Under the pieces are notes generated by a model. That model worked only from the letters and a program-made list of their open reading frames with translations, did no database searches and was not told where the DNA came from. The position numbers were made by a program, and so were the translations under genes. A stretch of 64,000 nucleotides of DNA from Vicugna vicugna (lineage: Eukaryota). Below, one piece after another: positions 51,107 through 63,420 of this stretch (positions are counted from its first letter, which is position 1; each line of letters opens with the position of its first letter). The DNA lies in NCBI GenBank assembly GCA_013265495.1, contig MU060876.1:456107-520106 (forward strand). Reading direction: 5' to 3'.

Positions 51107-54100
51107 CCAGCGGAGGCCTCTGGCGCCCAAGTGCCCCCTCAGAGTCCAGACGACTTTGGGGGAGTGTCTCCTGGTTCTCACACCTCCCATCATTGGCTGA
51201 TGATCCTAAGTATTCAGTGGTGTTAAACTCCTCTCTGGAGGAGTAGGTTATCCTTGAAGCTTAGTTTCAAGAAGAGCTACCTTGGTTATTCCCAGCTGAA
51301 AGACTGGGAAGATTGTACTCATTTGAAAGACACTGAGTAGGTTTGGACTGGGTAATTCAGGTGGGAGCCTGGCCTGTCATTTTTTCCTTGGATTGGCTAC
51401 TTTAATAGTTGGTCAGAATAAAAGTGAAGATAGCTCATGAGAACTTTCAGCTCCAAAGAAGGGACATCACCCAGCCAGCTTCCTCAGGCAGCTGAGAAAC
51501 AAGTGGAGACAAGTCCTCGTACTGTGCAGCAACTCACTCATTTTATTAAAAATGTGCTCTGCCGGAAACATGTAAGAGTTGACCACTCAGTGATCTGAAC
51601 ACGCACAGGGATCTTACACTACGAGAGGGAGAAACTGAGACATAAGAAAGTAGAAATGACTCTAGGGTGACACCTAGAGGAGCTCAGCCCACCAACAGCA
51701 CACCGGCCACCACGCAGTCCGCAGCAGCAACTGTATCTGGATAAAAGGACCTCAAAATCAGAACAAAGCTTTCAAACAAAAGAAAAAGGAGCGACAGATT
51801 GCCAGCCTCCAACTAACACCCCAGCCAGGTTCGCATACAATACCTCTGGAATTTATACTTGCAAATACTTATTTGATTAGGGAAACTAAAGATCTCAACC
51901 TGAAATGGCCAGATTAGGGCTCTTTTGACATCCTCAACCTATTTTTTTTGTATGTGCATGGCTACAAAACACCAGCTTGATAAAACATCTTTTCAGAACT
52001 CTGACCTTAAAGAAACAAAACCCTTCTAGGGGGAACTTGCGTTTCTCTCCCTGTGTCTTTGAGATGCAGCTGTCCTACCTGGCCTTCCCAGTGCGCACGC
52101 ATGTGCTGAGAGCTTGGCCTCTGCCGTCTGGAAGGTACACACATGGTGCACGTGTGTGGCAGCCAGCGGACACAGTGGGATTCTGAGTCATCTTACTGCC
52201 TGGCTGTGCCAACTCTCAGGGGTTTTTGTCATCTTAACCTTTGTTGCGTCTGCCTGTACAACACAGGTCTTTCCTGTCTTAGACTGTTCTCAGGAGCAAA
52301 CCTTCTAGACCTTGTGCAGGCTGCTTTCTTTGCGCTCTCTTGTGGGGACACCTCTTGCATCTTACTGGTTTGCGTTGCTATTAAGATACAGCTCTTTAAT
52401 GGCCAGACGATGAGCCTTTCAATTGGAGAAACTTCTAAACTGGTAAATTTTTAGAGCTCTCACTGTACACAGCTGTTTTACTGGCACCTATGAAAAAAAC
52501 AAATTACACAGTGTTTTATATATGTGTGTGTGTATAAAATGGCTAACCTACAGAGCTCCCTTAGTTTAAAACAGTTTGGGAAGCCTTATTTGTGGTCTAT
52601 GCTTCCCTTCAATAGGTCTTACAAATGCTAATAAAAATAATAGGTTAATTAATGTTATTAGGTTGATTAATGGGGGTGAAAATTTTAAAGGCATCCCTCC
52701 CAAAAGGATAAAAATCTTTGCATGGTTATTAAGAACTGTGATAAGTAAAACAGATGTTAATGAGATTAAAACAAAAGGTTCTGATACAACACTGTATTAT
52801 AAGAGGGCACAGAAATCTGCCCCTCAGACAATACTAATTAAAAATACTAAAAGAAACCAGCAAGGTGACCTGAGTCAAAGGGACCCCTTACTAGTCTCCA
52901 GCAGTAAAGGACCCCAAACAAGTCCACTCTGCATGCATATATATATATATATGCATAAAGGCTGGGAGAAAAATTACATTGAGATACCTGACCAGTAATT
53001 ACCTGGGGCAACAGGCCAACTAATCAAGTTAAAAGATTGACAAAAGGGGCTGAGTCCCTTGGCTCAACTCTTCACTGGGGACCCCAGAGCCTTTTAGACA
53101 AAAATAGTTGGAGGATTAAAAAAAAAAGTTTCTAAGACTCCTTGTAAGAGCAAGGCTTATTCATGGGGTTCTAGTAGAAACTACAGTTAAAGCTATAAAA
53201 GTTAATACAAGTGAGATGAAAGGTTATGTAAACTGGCATACTTACATGGGCTTTATATGAGGTGATGACCTCTCTCCTGCTTAATCATACTGTGAGACAG
53301 ACACGACGTCTCATTGGAGAATGCTTCCCCGGCATTGTAAGAGGGCACATAAATCTGCCCCTCAGACAACACTAATTAAACACACTAAAAGAAACCAGCA
53401 AGGTGACCTGAGCCCACACAATATGAAATAAAAACTGGGAGCTAATATTCAGGGGCCAATAAAAATAAGAGATTTCTGCTGTGGGTTTAACCTGTGCATT
53501 CAGAAAGGAGGCCTTTGGTGAATGCCTTGTGCAAACTTTTGAAGGCGTGATAAACTGAAGCCCAAAATTCTAGAACATAAAACTCTTGAATTTCAGTTTA
53601 GCTGGAAATCTTCAGCAGCACTTAGAGAAAATGTAGTTGGGCAAATCAATCGTTTAGTATAATTTAGGCAGCAGATCTGTTCTTTCTTTGGGGAATTAAA
53701 AGCAACTATCTTTGTCTTGCAAATCTCTACAAATTAGAAATGCAGATACAGCCCACAATGGCCTGACACTGAGCCTAATGAGCTCAATCAGGTAAAACCT
53801 GATTAAAAAAGAAAAAAAAAAAGGAAAAAAGTAGTCTTTTAAAGCTCAAACTGTTGGAAAGGCTCCCTCACTCAAAACCTAATTCACAGCTTCTGTAAGG
53901 AATTATCAAGGACAAACACAAACCTTAAAAGTCTTTTCCACAAATAGTAAAGTCTTAGTCATCTGAGCAAATAAACTTAACTTATTCCAACTGTTCTTTA
54001 TAAACTAGTAGGTTTATTTTGTAATAGCTGATACAGAATGAAGTGTTAAAGTGAAGCTGTGAGATCTCTGCTTAACTGACTTAAAAGTGAGCATTTACAA

Positions 54101-56607
54101 ATTAAGTATTTCTAAATATAAAGGAAACTGGCCAGAATGAATTTCAGGTTCACGTGATCTAGGAAATACTCAAAATTAAATTAATATCTCACATTAATGC
54201 CAGTTTAAGCTTAATGGTTTAATCAATACAGACATATCTTACTTTTATCGCACCTAGGGTAATTTCTGTTGCAGAATTTATCAGCAAAAAACCAAAAATT
54301 CAACTTGGTATGATGATATTTTCACAAGTTATAAAATACAGATAAATGAGATGAAGAGTTTTAGGTGAACTCTTCAGTAGTTCTGTTTTGGGTATGTCTA
54401 CGTAAACTAGTTTCTCCAGATTTTTGGAACCTTAAAACTTTAGAGTTTTGCTAAATTAAGTTAAATGATGGGAATTCATTGACTATCCAGGTCATTTCAA
54501 ATAAGATAAAGTACTGGAACATTAATTGCTAAACAGGTCTAAATTTACCTACTTTTGTGAGAAAAGGAAACTAAAGATGTTTGGGTTTATTACGCACATG
54601 TCTTGTGCCAACCACATTAAGAAATTCTGCTGTTTCTAGAGGTAATGAAATACTCCTAAGTTTGCCAACCAGGAGATGCAGGCACAACAAATAGTTCACA
54701 ATTACTTGCTCCTTGTCAGTCTTCACTAAAGTTTTTAAGGGTTAAAACTGTAATATGTAATTAAAGCTACTAAAAACAATAAGGGAAACGTTTCAGTTTG
54801 CAAGGAACATAGGATGTGTGTTTTTGGCAAAAGAAGGTGTAAGGAATGGAACTCCACTGTGTTAAGGAGACAGACTGACTTTGTCCTGGAGCCGGTTGTT
54901 TCTGGATGGGAAAATAAGGGACAAACTAATCTGGATATAGAACGTTGTGGAAGGTTTGTAGGAAGACAGCTCTGAAGAAGCTGTTTTGTGCATGTTCAGG
55001 TTGGGATTGGACTGAATTTAGGTAAATGCATTTTGTTGTTGAGAGTGAGCTGGTGCAGGACTGGAGCATGGGTTTCTCTCTCTGTTAAGAGAATAAAGTC
55101 TTCCTGGAATGTGGAACTACTTTTGATAATAGATTGTGAGTTTCTTTGCCTTCTACGTGATCTATACTTGCCTTAAAAATCTTTTATTGCTACTTTGGTT
55201 GAGTGAGTAAGTATTGCTTCATAGTGACCTATGATCCTATTTGACCAAGTGTTGTTAAAATCTTTGGATTTTTTGACAGACTTCCCAAATATGAAATTCT
55301 AATTAAGATTCTTTTGACCTCCAGCTAACTTTGGGATACTTAAAGAGCCCCTGAAACATCCCAAAGAGAGATATTAAACTAATTAGGCTCATTTTGTATG
55401 TTAAATTACATGGTAAACATTGTCAAATAAGTGGTGATAAAACCTTCTTAGGTTATATTGTATGGATAAATGTCATGAATATAGATATTCCAAAATGTAT
55501 ATGGAATTCCTAAAAATCTAGTATGTCCTGATACAGTGTCATCAGCCATAATTCTAATTATCTTAAAATGTTGTGTGTCACAGAAATAGCCAAGCTTCCT
55601 GTCAATGACATTTTAATCAGATCTTTAACCATGCCATTTTAAGTCTTTTGTCATTTACAATCTTTGTTTTACTCCGATGTTTTTATAAAATGAAGATCTT
55701 CAAGAGGATTCATAAAAAGGACTTTTTGACAAGTATGTTTCTGGTAATTTTTAGATCACACCACTGAACTGGGTAAGGAATTACAAAACTCTAATGGAAA
55801 ACCTGATGACTTCATCCAGATCAGCTGGAATTAATTACATGGGACTGAATGAATTGATATATGTGATTTATAATTTTATGACTTTTTTCTAAAATATACT
55901 GGCTCAATCTTTGTTTTCCAGAAAAGTCTTTCCTCTTACACTATGACCTACAAGCTGATAAAATATATCTTTGTAAATGACGATGAAAACATTTATCTTT
56001 TTCTCTCTACATGACCCGTCCAGAATTTGGCTTCTCCAGATGGCTCCCCTGTGGACATGGTGGCTTATTGCAATCAGATCACAACTAGTTATGCTAATCA
56101 CTATCATTGTTTTACTTTTGTTCACTCTTACTGTTTTGCTGTGTTGTTTTATTTGCTATATTAGTTACGCCTTGTGCCTTTCCCTGCTGTTCTACGACCG
56201 TTAATGCTACTAGTTGTATTACTTGTATCCTCTCTGTTTGATAAGGCTGTGGGCTCTTGCATTACACAGTGTGCAACCAGGCCTCTGACAAATTAATGAT
56301 GGCTAAATGTCTTGAGGCAACTGATCATATATATAACTCTACATAGAATAACTGTTGTAATAGTGCAACTCTAGATATGGGAACAACAAGGGAACAGATT
56401 TCCTGGATCATAACAGACTAGTGAAGCCGGCAATGCAGAGAATTTTAGATTATCAACAGGGCCTAATCCAAAAAAATCAGCACATTGAGTGGCCTATCAA
56501 CAGAATCCTCGCCTGATCTAACAATGCACCTTCCTAGAGCCATGGGACACAGTTGGCCATGACATGCATCCCAAACATTGGTCAAATTTATGACCAAGGG
56601 GAGGCAC

Positions 56608-57045
56608 TGTGGACAAAGAATGTCGCCTGCCATTTCAGTAAACAAAAAACGTTGTAGCCTTCAAGCCCTGACAGTGCACCTCGAGGGGAATTCAGGATGG
56701 AGAAAAACAAGACACTAGCTCTAGAGAGTTAAGATACTCACCAAAGGAGGGATTTCAAAAAGCCCAAGCTCTTGCATCTTCCCATACACAGAAAAGCACT
56801 CAAATCATTAACTTGAGATGCCTGTTTTTGTCATTAGCAGTAACCTCCTGATACTCAACTACATGGTTTCACTTTGTTTTGTTTTCAGCAAAAACTCCCA
56901 TATATCCTGGCTCCTCCCGTATGTCTTTGGAGCAGTCCCTCAGAGCAATCGTAGAGGCTGTATCCTGGGCTATGGTTCTCAGTAAGGCCACCAAATAAAA
57001 CATAATTCTCAACTCTTAGGTTGTGATTTTTTTTTTCAGTCAACG
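56608..57045 (+). repeat. 3' LTR of the provirus (438 bp, TG...CG)
   Basis: Paralogous to the 5' LTR; preceded by a polypurine tract. Confidence 0.93.
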
Positions 57046-58189
57046 AAGGAGATAAAAGAAAACGAGCAAGCGTAGAGAGGGGCCTCCATGAGCAAAGGTG
57101 ATGAGGGTGTTACCCCTCCAGCTCTGTACCCAGGACCAACATGCACACGAATGCACCTTTAATAAGATAGAAAGTCATTTTAAAAATGTTAAAAGTCCCA
57201 AGGAACTCAGTATGGATGTCCCCACCCCGCACTTAAACTTGCATGTTTGTCCTCCGTGTTGTTGGTGGGATCGGATTTGAGGAGTGCTGTGAACTGCACT
57301 ACCCTTGTTTTGACTCAAGAAGCTCTCGAGCTCAGGGGCTCCTCCCTCTGCGCTTACACACACAGCGACATGGTGCAAAGCTAGCCCAGTCATTATAAGA
57401 CATTAAAAAAAAAAAAGCTAAACAGACATTTTTGAAAGAGCCGAGGCTGCCACAGGGAAGGTGACAGGCAGGCCTGGCTTTCCCGAGGTGAGGCGTTTCC
57501 ACCAGAGCGGATCCCGGGGCTCCCACCGCCACGCCGCCAAGACCGCCCATCTGCCAAACAGACTAGGAGCCTTCACATCCCTTTCTTAAAACATAGCCAG
57601 AGGCTCACCACCTTGTTCTAATTTTTCCAGAATGAGGCTCTTTATATAAAGAAAAAGCCAGCAAGCAAAGCAAATGACCCTGTGGCTGTATAACCTGAAG
57701 GAATGAATTAGCAGCTCTTTGATACAGATTTCTTTTGAATTGTGTAGAAAAGAGGACTTATTATGTACTATAGCCTAGAACTAAATGCTTTATGATCACA
57801 GACCACCAATGACATGGTTTATGTTCTAACGTGATTTTTTGTGTGTTGTTTATTTTATAGGTTTTCTGGTTTTTGACCCCATCAGCCAGGAGGAAGGGCA
57901 GCCCCCCGCCTCAGGACGGGCAGGCTCTTTAGGGGAGTGATCAGCAACTCAGATTTTGGGCTCCCTTGCATCAGTTGGGAGGGAAACAGGTCACTTTTAA
58001 AGTCCCATTTGAGAAAGTGTATAGTGGAATGCTTTCAAAGGACAAACTCATCTCATTAGTTTATTTGTTTTGGTTAAAAAAAAAAAATGTTCCTCAGATC
58101 CCTATCAAATCAGTGTCAAGCACTACCTCAGTGCTTGTGTGGAAAGCATCCTGCCGGCCACCAGGTGGGAACCAGGATTAGAGCTGTAA

Positions 58190-58400
58190 CACACGTACTG
58201 AGCTCTCACCACAGGCTTCCTGCGGTTCCACACAGTGCCCGGGAATGCTTATCACAGCACAAGAGCCCTTTGCGGGTAAACACTGTTCTTATCCCCATTT
58301 TAAGGAGGGAGAAACTGAGGCACGTGCCCAAAGTTAAGGAACTGCCCAAAGTCATAAAGCTAGTAAGTAACTAGCCTGGCTCCAGACCACTATGCTCTTC
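58190..58400 (-). mobile_element. MIR
   Basis: TTATCCCCATTTTAAGGAGGGAGAAACTGAGGCAC...AACTGCCCAAAGTCA. Confidence 0.8.
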
Positions 58401-58461
58401 CCTTATATGGCACAGAGGTCGAACAGACCCTGTCACTCTAAGGGAGGGCAGAAAGAAAGCT

Positions 58462-58462
<1 letters not shown>

Positions 58463-58508
<46 letters not shown>

Positions 58509-58530
58509 TGTGGTGTGTGTGTGTGTGTGT
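58463..58530. repeat. Interrupted (GT)n microsatellite
   Basis: 19 perfect GT units, then two single-G interruptions. Confidence 0.97.
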
Positions 58531-58618
58531 CAGAGCCAGGGTGAGTAGGACTTTGCTTTAAGCTGCGTTCCTGTAGACGAGACCACCCAGACCTTCTGGG
58601 AGATGGCCAGGAAGGGCA

Positions 58619-59059
58619 TGTGAATCCGTGTCCTAGGGCAGCCGTAATAAGTACCACAAACTGGGTGCCTTCACAGCAGAAACTGATCCTCTCACAGTTC
58701 CGAAGGCTAGAAGTCCAAAACTGGGGAGTTGTCAGGGTGGGGCTCCCTCTGAGGCTCTGAAGAGAGTCCTCCCTGCCACTCCCCAGCTTCTGGTGCCGGC
58801 CCCCAATCCCTGGCTTCCTCGTCTTGCAGCCACATCACTGCCGCCTCTGCCTCTAAACGGCGTTCTTCCCTGTAGCCTCTCCATGTGACCTTCTCACAAG
58901 GCCATCAGTCACTGGATTCAGGGCCCATGCTAATCCAGTATAGCTTTATCTAAACTTGATTACATCTGCAAAGACTCCATTTCCAAGTAAGGTCACCATC
59001 ACGGGTACTGGGGGCTGACTTAACGCATCTTTTCTGGGGACACAACTCCACCCACACCA
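58619..59059 (-). mobile_element. MaLR LTR, MLT1B/C-like
   Basis: TACCACAAACTGGGTG...CTCACAGTTC...TTACATCTGCAAAGAC...GGGGGACACAA pattern. Confidence 0.8.
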
Positions 59060-60728
59060 GCATGGCAGTGACACTGACCTGAGACTTCGCAAGGAGCCCA
59101 TGGGCACACTCTTTCAGGCAGGGTCTAAATGGGAGCGTGAGCCAGTGCAGTGCCAACAGCAACTCTCCTCAGTTACGTCTCATTTTCAGGAAAAAGCTAT
59201 TTACTCTAAAACACAAAGCTGCTGTTTTCATGTCAGTGGCTCAAAGAGGTTTCCTCCAGCACATGACTGGACTAACTTTGTACGTTAGACACTATACAAT
59301 GTTTGCGTGCTTTTTTAAAGCCAAGTCACTGAAATACTGGATGTGGGTACTGGACATAAACCTGAGAAATTTGATAAGGGATGGAGAATAGGTATTTATT
59401 TATTCTAAGAGCACATTTAAAAAACCTAATACCCCCTTTAAACTCAAAACCACAGCCAAATCTTGGAGCAGATGGAAGAGCAGGGACAGTACCCAGAGAA
59501 GCCCTGTTGTCGGCTGCTGTAGGAAGCCACAAAAACGCTGGGACCCTGGGAGTCGCCAAGATGTGATTCTGCCAAAAGCTTATCTATAAGAAGAAAACCC
59601 TGTGCTGTGGGAAAAGGCTGTCTCTTGATTTTCCTCTCTGATGCTGGTTGCTAAGCACGGTCCCTTCCTGTGGCCTTAGAGCCAACGGTGTCCACTTTAA
59701 CTTCATGTTTCCAGGTTGGGGGGTGGGCAGTGGGGACAAGGTCAGGGGCTGAGAGCTTGCAGGTGATTCTAATCTCCCCTCCTGCGCACAGGGGGCCCCA
59801 CTGGCCTAACAGATTCGGCTCCTAAATGTCCTCTTCAGCCTTCACATTTGGGAAGAAAACATAAATGTCATGCCATTCCAGGAAAAGCAAACTTCTTCAT
59901 TTTATAAGGTTAGTTTTATGAGTCAGGCTCAGTTGGAGACAAGTAAACAACTCATTTGTGGATAAAAATTGCTGTGCTGTTCTTCTGTTCTGCACAGAGA
60001 GAACATCAGTGTATTACATTATTTCCTGGAATTATTGCATTTGCCTTCTCTTGGGCCATGCGCGGTAAGGCGAATGCAGTTTAAGGAACAAAAGTCAGTG
60101 GCCTTCAGATCAGGCCCCATCCCTTGTGGTCCAAGGAGATCTTAGCCTTGGACACTTTGCTCTATCAGGCTAAGAAGCAGTGGAGAGAAAGAGATGGAAT
60201 ACTGTGGTGTTAAACTGTTTAGCCAACTCTGGGTACGAGTTCTGTACCTTTCCAAAGGAGCCAGAGTGGAAGTGGCCAGAGGCAGTGTTCCCCTCCAAGT
60301 CCCCTTAGCTCAGGGTGGGGCTAATCAGAAAAGGCTGGTTGTAAGAGGGATCTGAGGTGCTGGTCTCCCTCCCTCCCGCAGAAGGGCTGGGAATGGGTCA
60401 GGGCCTCCCGTTCCAAATGGCCAATGGTCCCAACACTCTTCCAGCTACCTTTGTTTCCATTTAACAAATACTCAGTATTTGTCCCTTGCAGGTCCCTATG
60501 CTAGCTCAGCGGAGGAAACAAGGAGAAGTGATGCCTACTACCATGTAGAAGCAGGCACTCAGCAGCCTATAGTCAAGTGCCAAGACGGGGCGTGGAGAGC
60601 AGGCATGTTTGGGGGTGAGATCACCAAGGCTGCGGAGACCAGCCAGAGCTGCCATTTCTTGGGTAGAGTCACATGTCCGGCAGTGTGGTAAGTACTGGCA
60701 GGAGCTCACGGCCACTCCAGAAGCTGGG

Positions 60729-61323
60729 GGTGGTCGGCTGAGTAGTGGCTCCCAAACATGTCCACGTCCTAATCCTGGGAAACTGTGGACATGTTACTTT
60801 ACAAAGCAAAGGGGACTTGGCCAATGTGATCAGGTTAAGGAATTTTTTTAATTGGGGGGTAATTAGGTTTGTTTGTTTATATACTGGAGGTACTGGGTAC
60901 TGAACCCAGGACCTCGTGCATACTAAGCATGGACTCTACCACTGAGCTGTACCCTCCCCCCAGGTTACGGATCTTGAGATGGACAGGGGACCCTGGATGG
61001 TCAGGTGGGCCCAGTGTACTCACACGGGTCCTTATAAGGAGACTTCCTCACATTCAGGAGGTGCTGCCTGCTGGCTGTGAAGATGGAGGATGGAGCAAGA
61101 GCCAAGGAAGGCAGGTGGCCTCTAGGAGCTGGGCAAGGCAAGGAGATGGAGTCTCCCCTAGAGTCTCTAGAAGGAATGCAGCCCTTTCAACACCTTGATC
61201 TTAGCCCAGTGCGACCTACTTCAGACTTCTGACCTCCAAATTTGTAAGAGGATTCATTTGTAGGGGTTTTTTCCCCTACAAAATTTACAGTAATCTGTTA
61301 CAGCAATGAAACTAATAGATACA
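60729..61323 (+). mobile_element. MaLR LTR, MLT1D-like, interrupted by the vic-1 SINE
   Basis: Start matches the recalled MLT1D consensus (ATGTCCACGTCCTAATCC...GTTAAGGATCTTGAGATG); end GAAACTAATA. Confidence 0.8.
60842..60960 (-). mobile_element. vic-1-type camelid tRNA-derived SINE
   Basis: - strand reads GGGGGAGGGTACAGCTCAGTGGTAGAG...GAGGTCCTGGGTTCAGTACCCAGTACCTCC...AAACAAACCTAATTACCCCCC; TSD CAGGTTAAGGA/CAGGTTACGGA. Confidence 0.85.
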
Positions 61324-63420
61324 AAATTACTTGTGATCCTTCCTGTTGTGTTCTGTGTGGGCATGTCTCCTTGGGGCCATTGTGGATTCACATCCGTCTC
61401 GTATACAACTATGGTACAAGATCCTTTCGTAACTCGCCTTTACTGGCTAGAGGCGTCTTGAATGAACCTAAGAAACTCAGAGTGGAGAATTGCTATTGCT
61501 ACGATGGGACCAGCTCTGTGCAAACCTCTTCAACTGAGGGACCATCACAAAGGCAAGTAAATGCCATGCCTGCAAAAAGTGTGACTAAATCTCTAGGGTG
61601 ATTCATGCTGATGCCTTGAGATCAATGGTCAGGCTGGATTTGCGAGACTGTGTGTGTGGATTTAACATTCCACGTCTCATTAAGATCAGTTATTTTAAAG
61701 CTATTTACATTTGTTCTCCGGCAGAAGCACCTGCGCCGTTCAAGGAAGCATGTGCAGCCAAGCCAGATTCCCGATGGTTAAATTTACAACCTACCAAACA
61801 TGGTCCTTATTTGGGACCACTACTAATGCTCCATGATCACACACATCCTGGGCTACGCAAACACATGTAGTCAGACAAGTGGAAATGTTGTGGGCTGGCA
61901 AAAAATGTTTGTGGTTCAACAATAATTTATTAACAAGCTGGTTGAAGGCATTCCTACTTGCTAGCTCGTCCAGGTAATGCTGGTTTGGGTGACTGTGGGA
62001 CACGTGCCAAGGAGCCCAAGGCCCAAGTTTACCCCCAGGACCACCCCAGGCGGGACCCAGACTCTGCAATCAGAGCCTGCAGACCAAGTGGATGCTGTGG
62101 TGGTAGGTAGGGCGGGGGTCCTGGGGGCACCTGCCATTTCAGCAGAGCAGTGTCCAGGAAGAAGGGCAGTTCTGTGCCTCTCTGTTCTGCGCTTCCAGGA
62201 TTGCTATGTTTCATCCCCGAGGAGGAGTGAGGGTGTGTGCTAAGTGCCACCTCCATCTTGCCAACAGCTGCCCCCTTCCTGTTCTTTCACCAGGGCTGTA
62301 AAAGCACTTAGGAGCCTGCCTTGCATGAAAGTAGAAAATATTTCACTTTAGTGTTTTATTACATATCTTGCCTCTCCATATTCATTGCGACTGCTTTCAT
62401 TCTCCAGTTTTCATTTCTACGGTCTGCTCGATGTATTGCTTTCCTAGTCTTGTGAACCATCACCTCTGAATTATTGACACTAATGGAGGGAAGACTTCAA
62501 GGACGGCAGTAATTAGATGAATTATGCTGCATTTAAGTGCTTTACAGATTGAAAAGTGATAAACAAAGAAGCGTTTTCTTAGTAGACTAGGCGTTCTCCC
62601 AGCTGCCTAGTGGCCCGGCAGGACAGGCTCTACTCTGCCGACAGCGGGGCGGGCGCCCACAGCGGCTCAGCCCACCTGCGCCAGGGCGGCAAGGGCGGCC
62701 GGGGCCTTACCAGAAGTCAGCTGTTTTGCTCCTAAGCTTGCCTAAGCCAGGTGTACTCAGTACCTAGCTGCATTATTAAAAATGTTACATAAACTGATGA
62801 AGAGTGGGCACAAAAAAAGATGTCATGTCCACAAAATCCAAGTTAAATGCTGTAGAAAGAACTGATGGAGCCTTTCTCGTGAACTCGGCACACAGAGATC
62901 CCGCCAGTCCCTCTAAACGTCAGGGAAGGGCCGGCAGCTGCTTGGGGCAGGGGCCAGTGGTCGCAGGACTTGCTCAGTGTAAGGGACAGCCCCAAGTCGC
63001 CAGGAGCGGGGCTGATCCAGGATACCGTGGGTAGCACAGGCACTCTCAACACCACCCCAAATTGCCCACCCCTCCACGCTGTGGTCCTGAGGCCATGTCA
63101 TGTGACATCAGAATAGCAGGGGCCTCCTGGTCATGGAAGAGTAGTGTAAGGTCAAGAAAGAAATGCATCAGCAGCGGCAGTGAGGGAACACAAGCCACGG
63201 TCTGTGATCTCTGCTTACAAATTAGTAAACAAAACTGAATGCTCACAGGCTTTTCACCAGCTAGTCTGATTTCTTCTCCGTACTTCCTTGCATTTACTAC
63301 CACAGCTATTACTGCATTTTATCACTAGAGGGCAACAGTGTTCCTAAAATGAGTGATTCTTGCAGAATCAAGAAATCACTTAGAATCAAGGAATTTCAGA
63401 GCTGGAAGAGGTCTTAAAAA

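Larger units (their letters stand above)
50159..57045 (+). mobile_element. Two-LTR endogenous retrovirus, ERV1 class (MER4-group-like, non-autonomous, degenerate), antisense in RARRES1 intron 1
   Basis: Paired LTRs at 50159-50578 and 56608-57045; PBS after the 5' LTR; purine tract AAGGGGAGGCAC before the 3' LTR; 4-bp TSD ATGG/AAGG; no long gag/pol/env ORF. Confidence 0.93.

Noticed and set aside
51121-51130. TGGCGCCCAA as a tRNA-Lys PBS for the nested LTR
   Set aside because: It lies 14 nt from the LTR end, matches only 8 nt, and belongs to the host provirus leader.
60880-60960. tRNA gene on the - strand
   Set aside because: It is the tRNA-derived head of a SINE with tail and TSD, and has no intact cloverleaf or acceptor stem.
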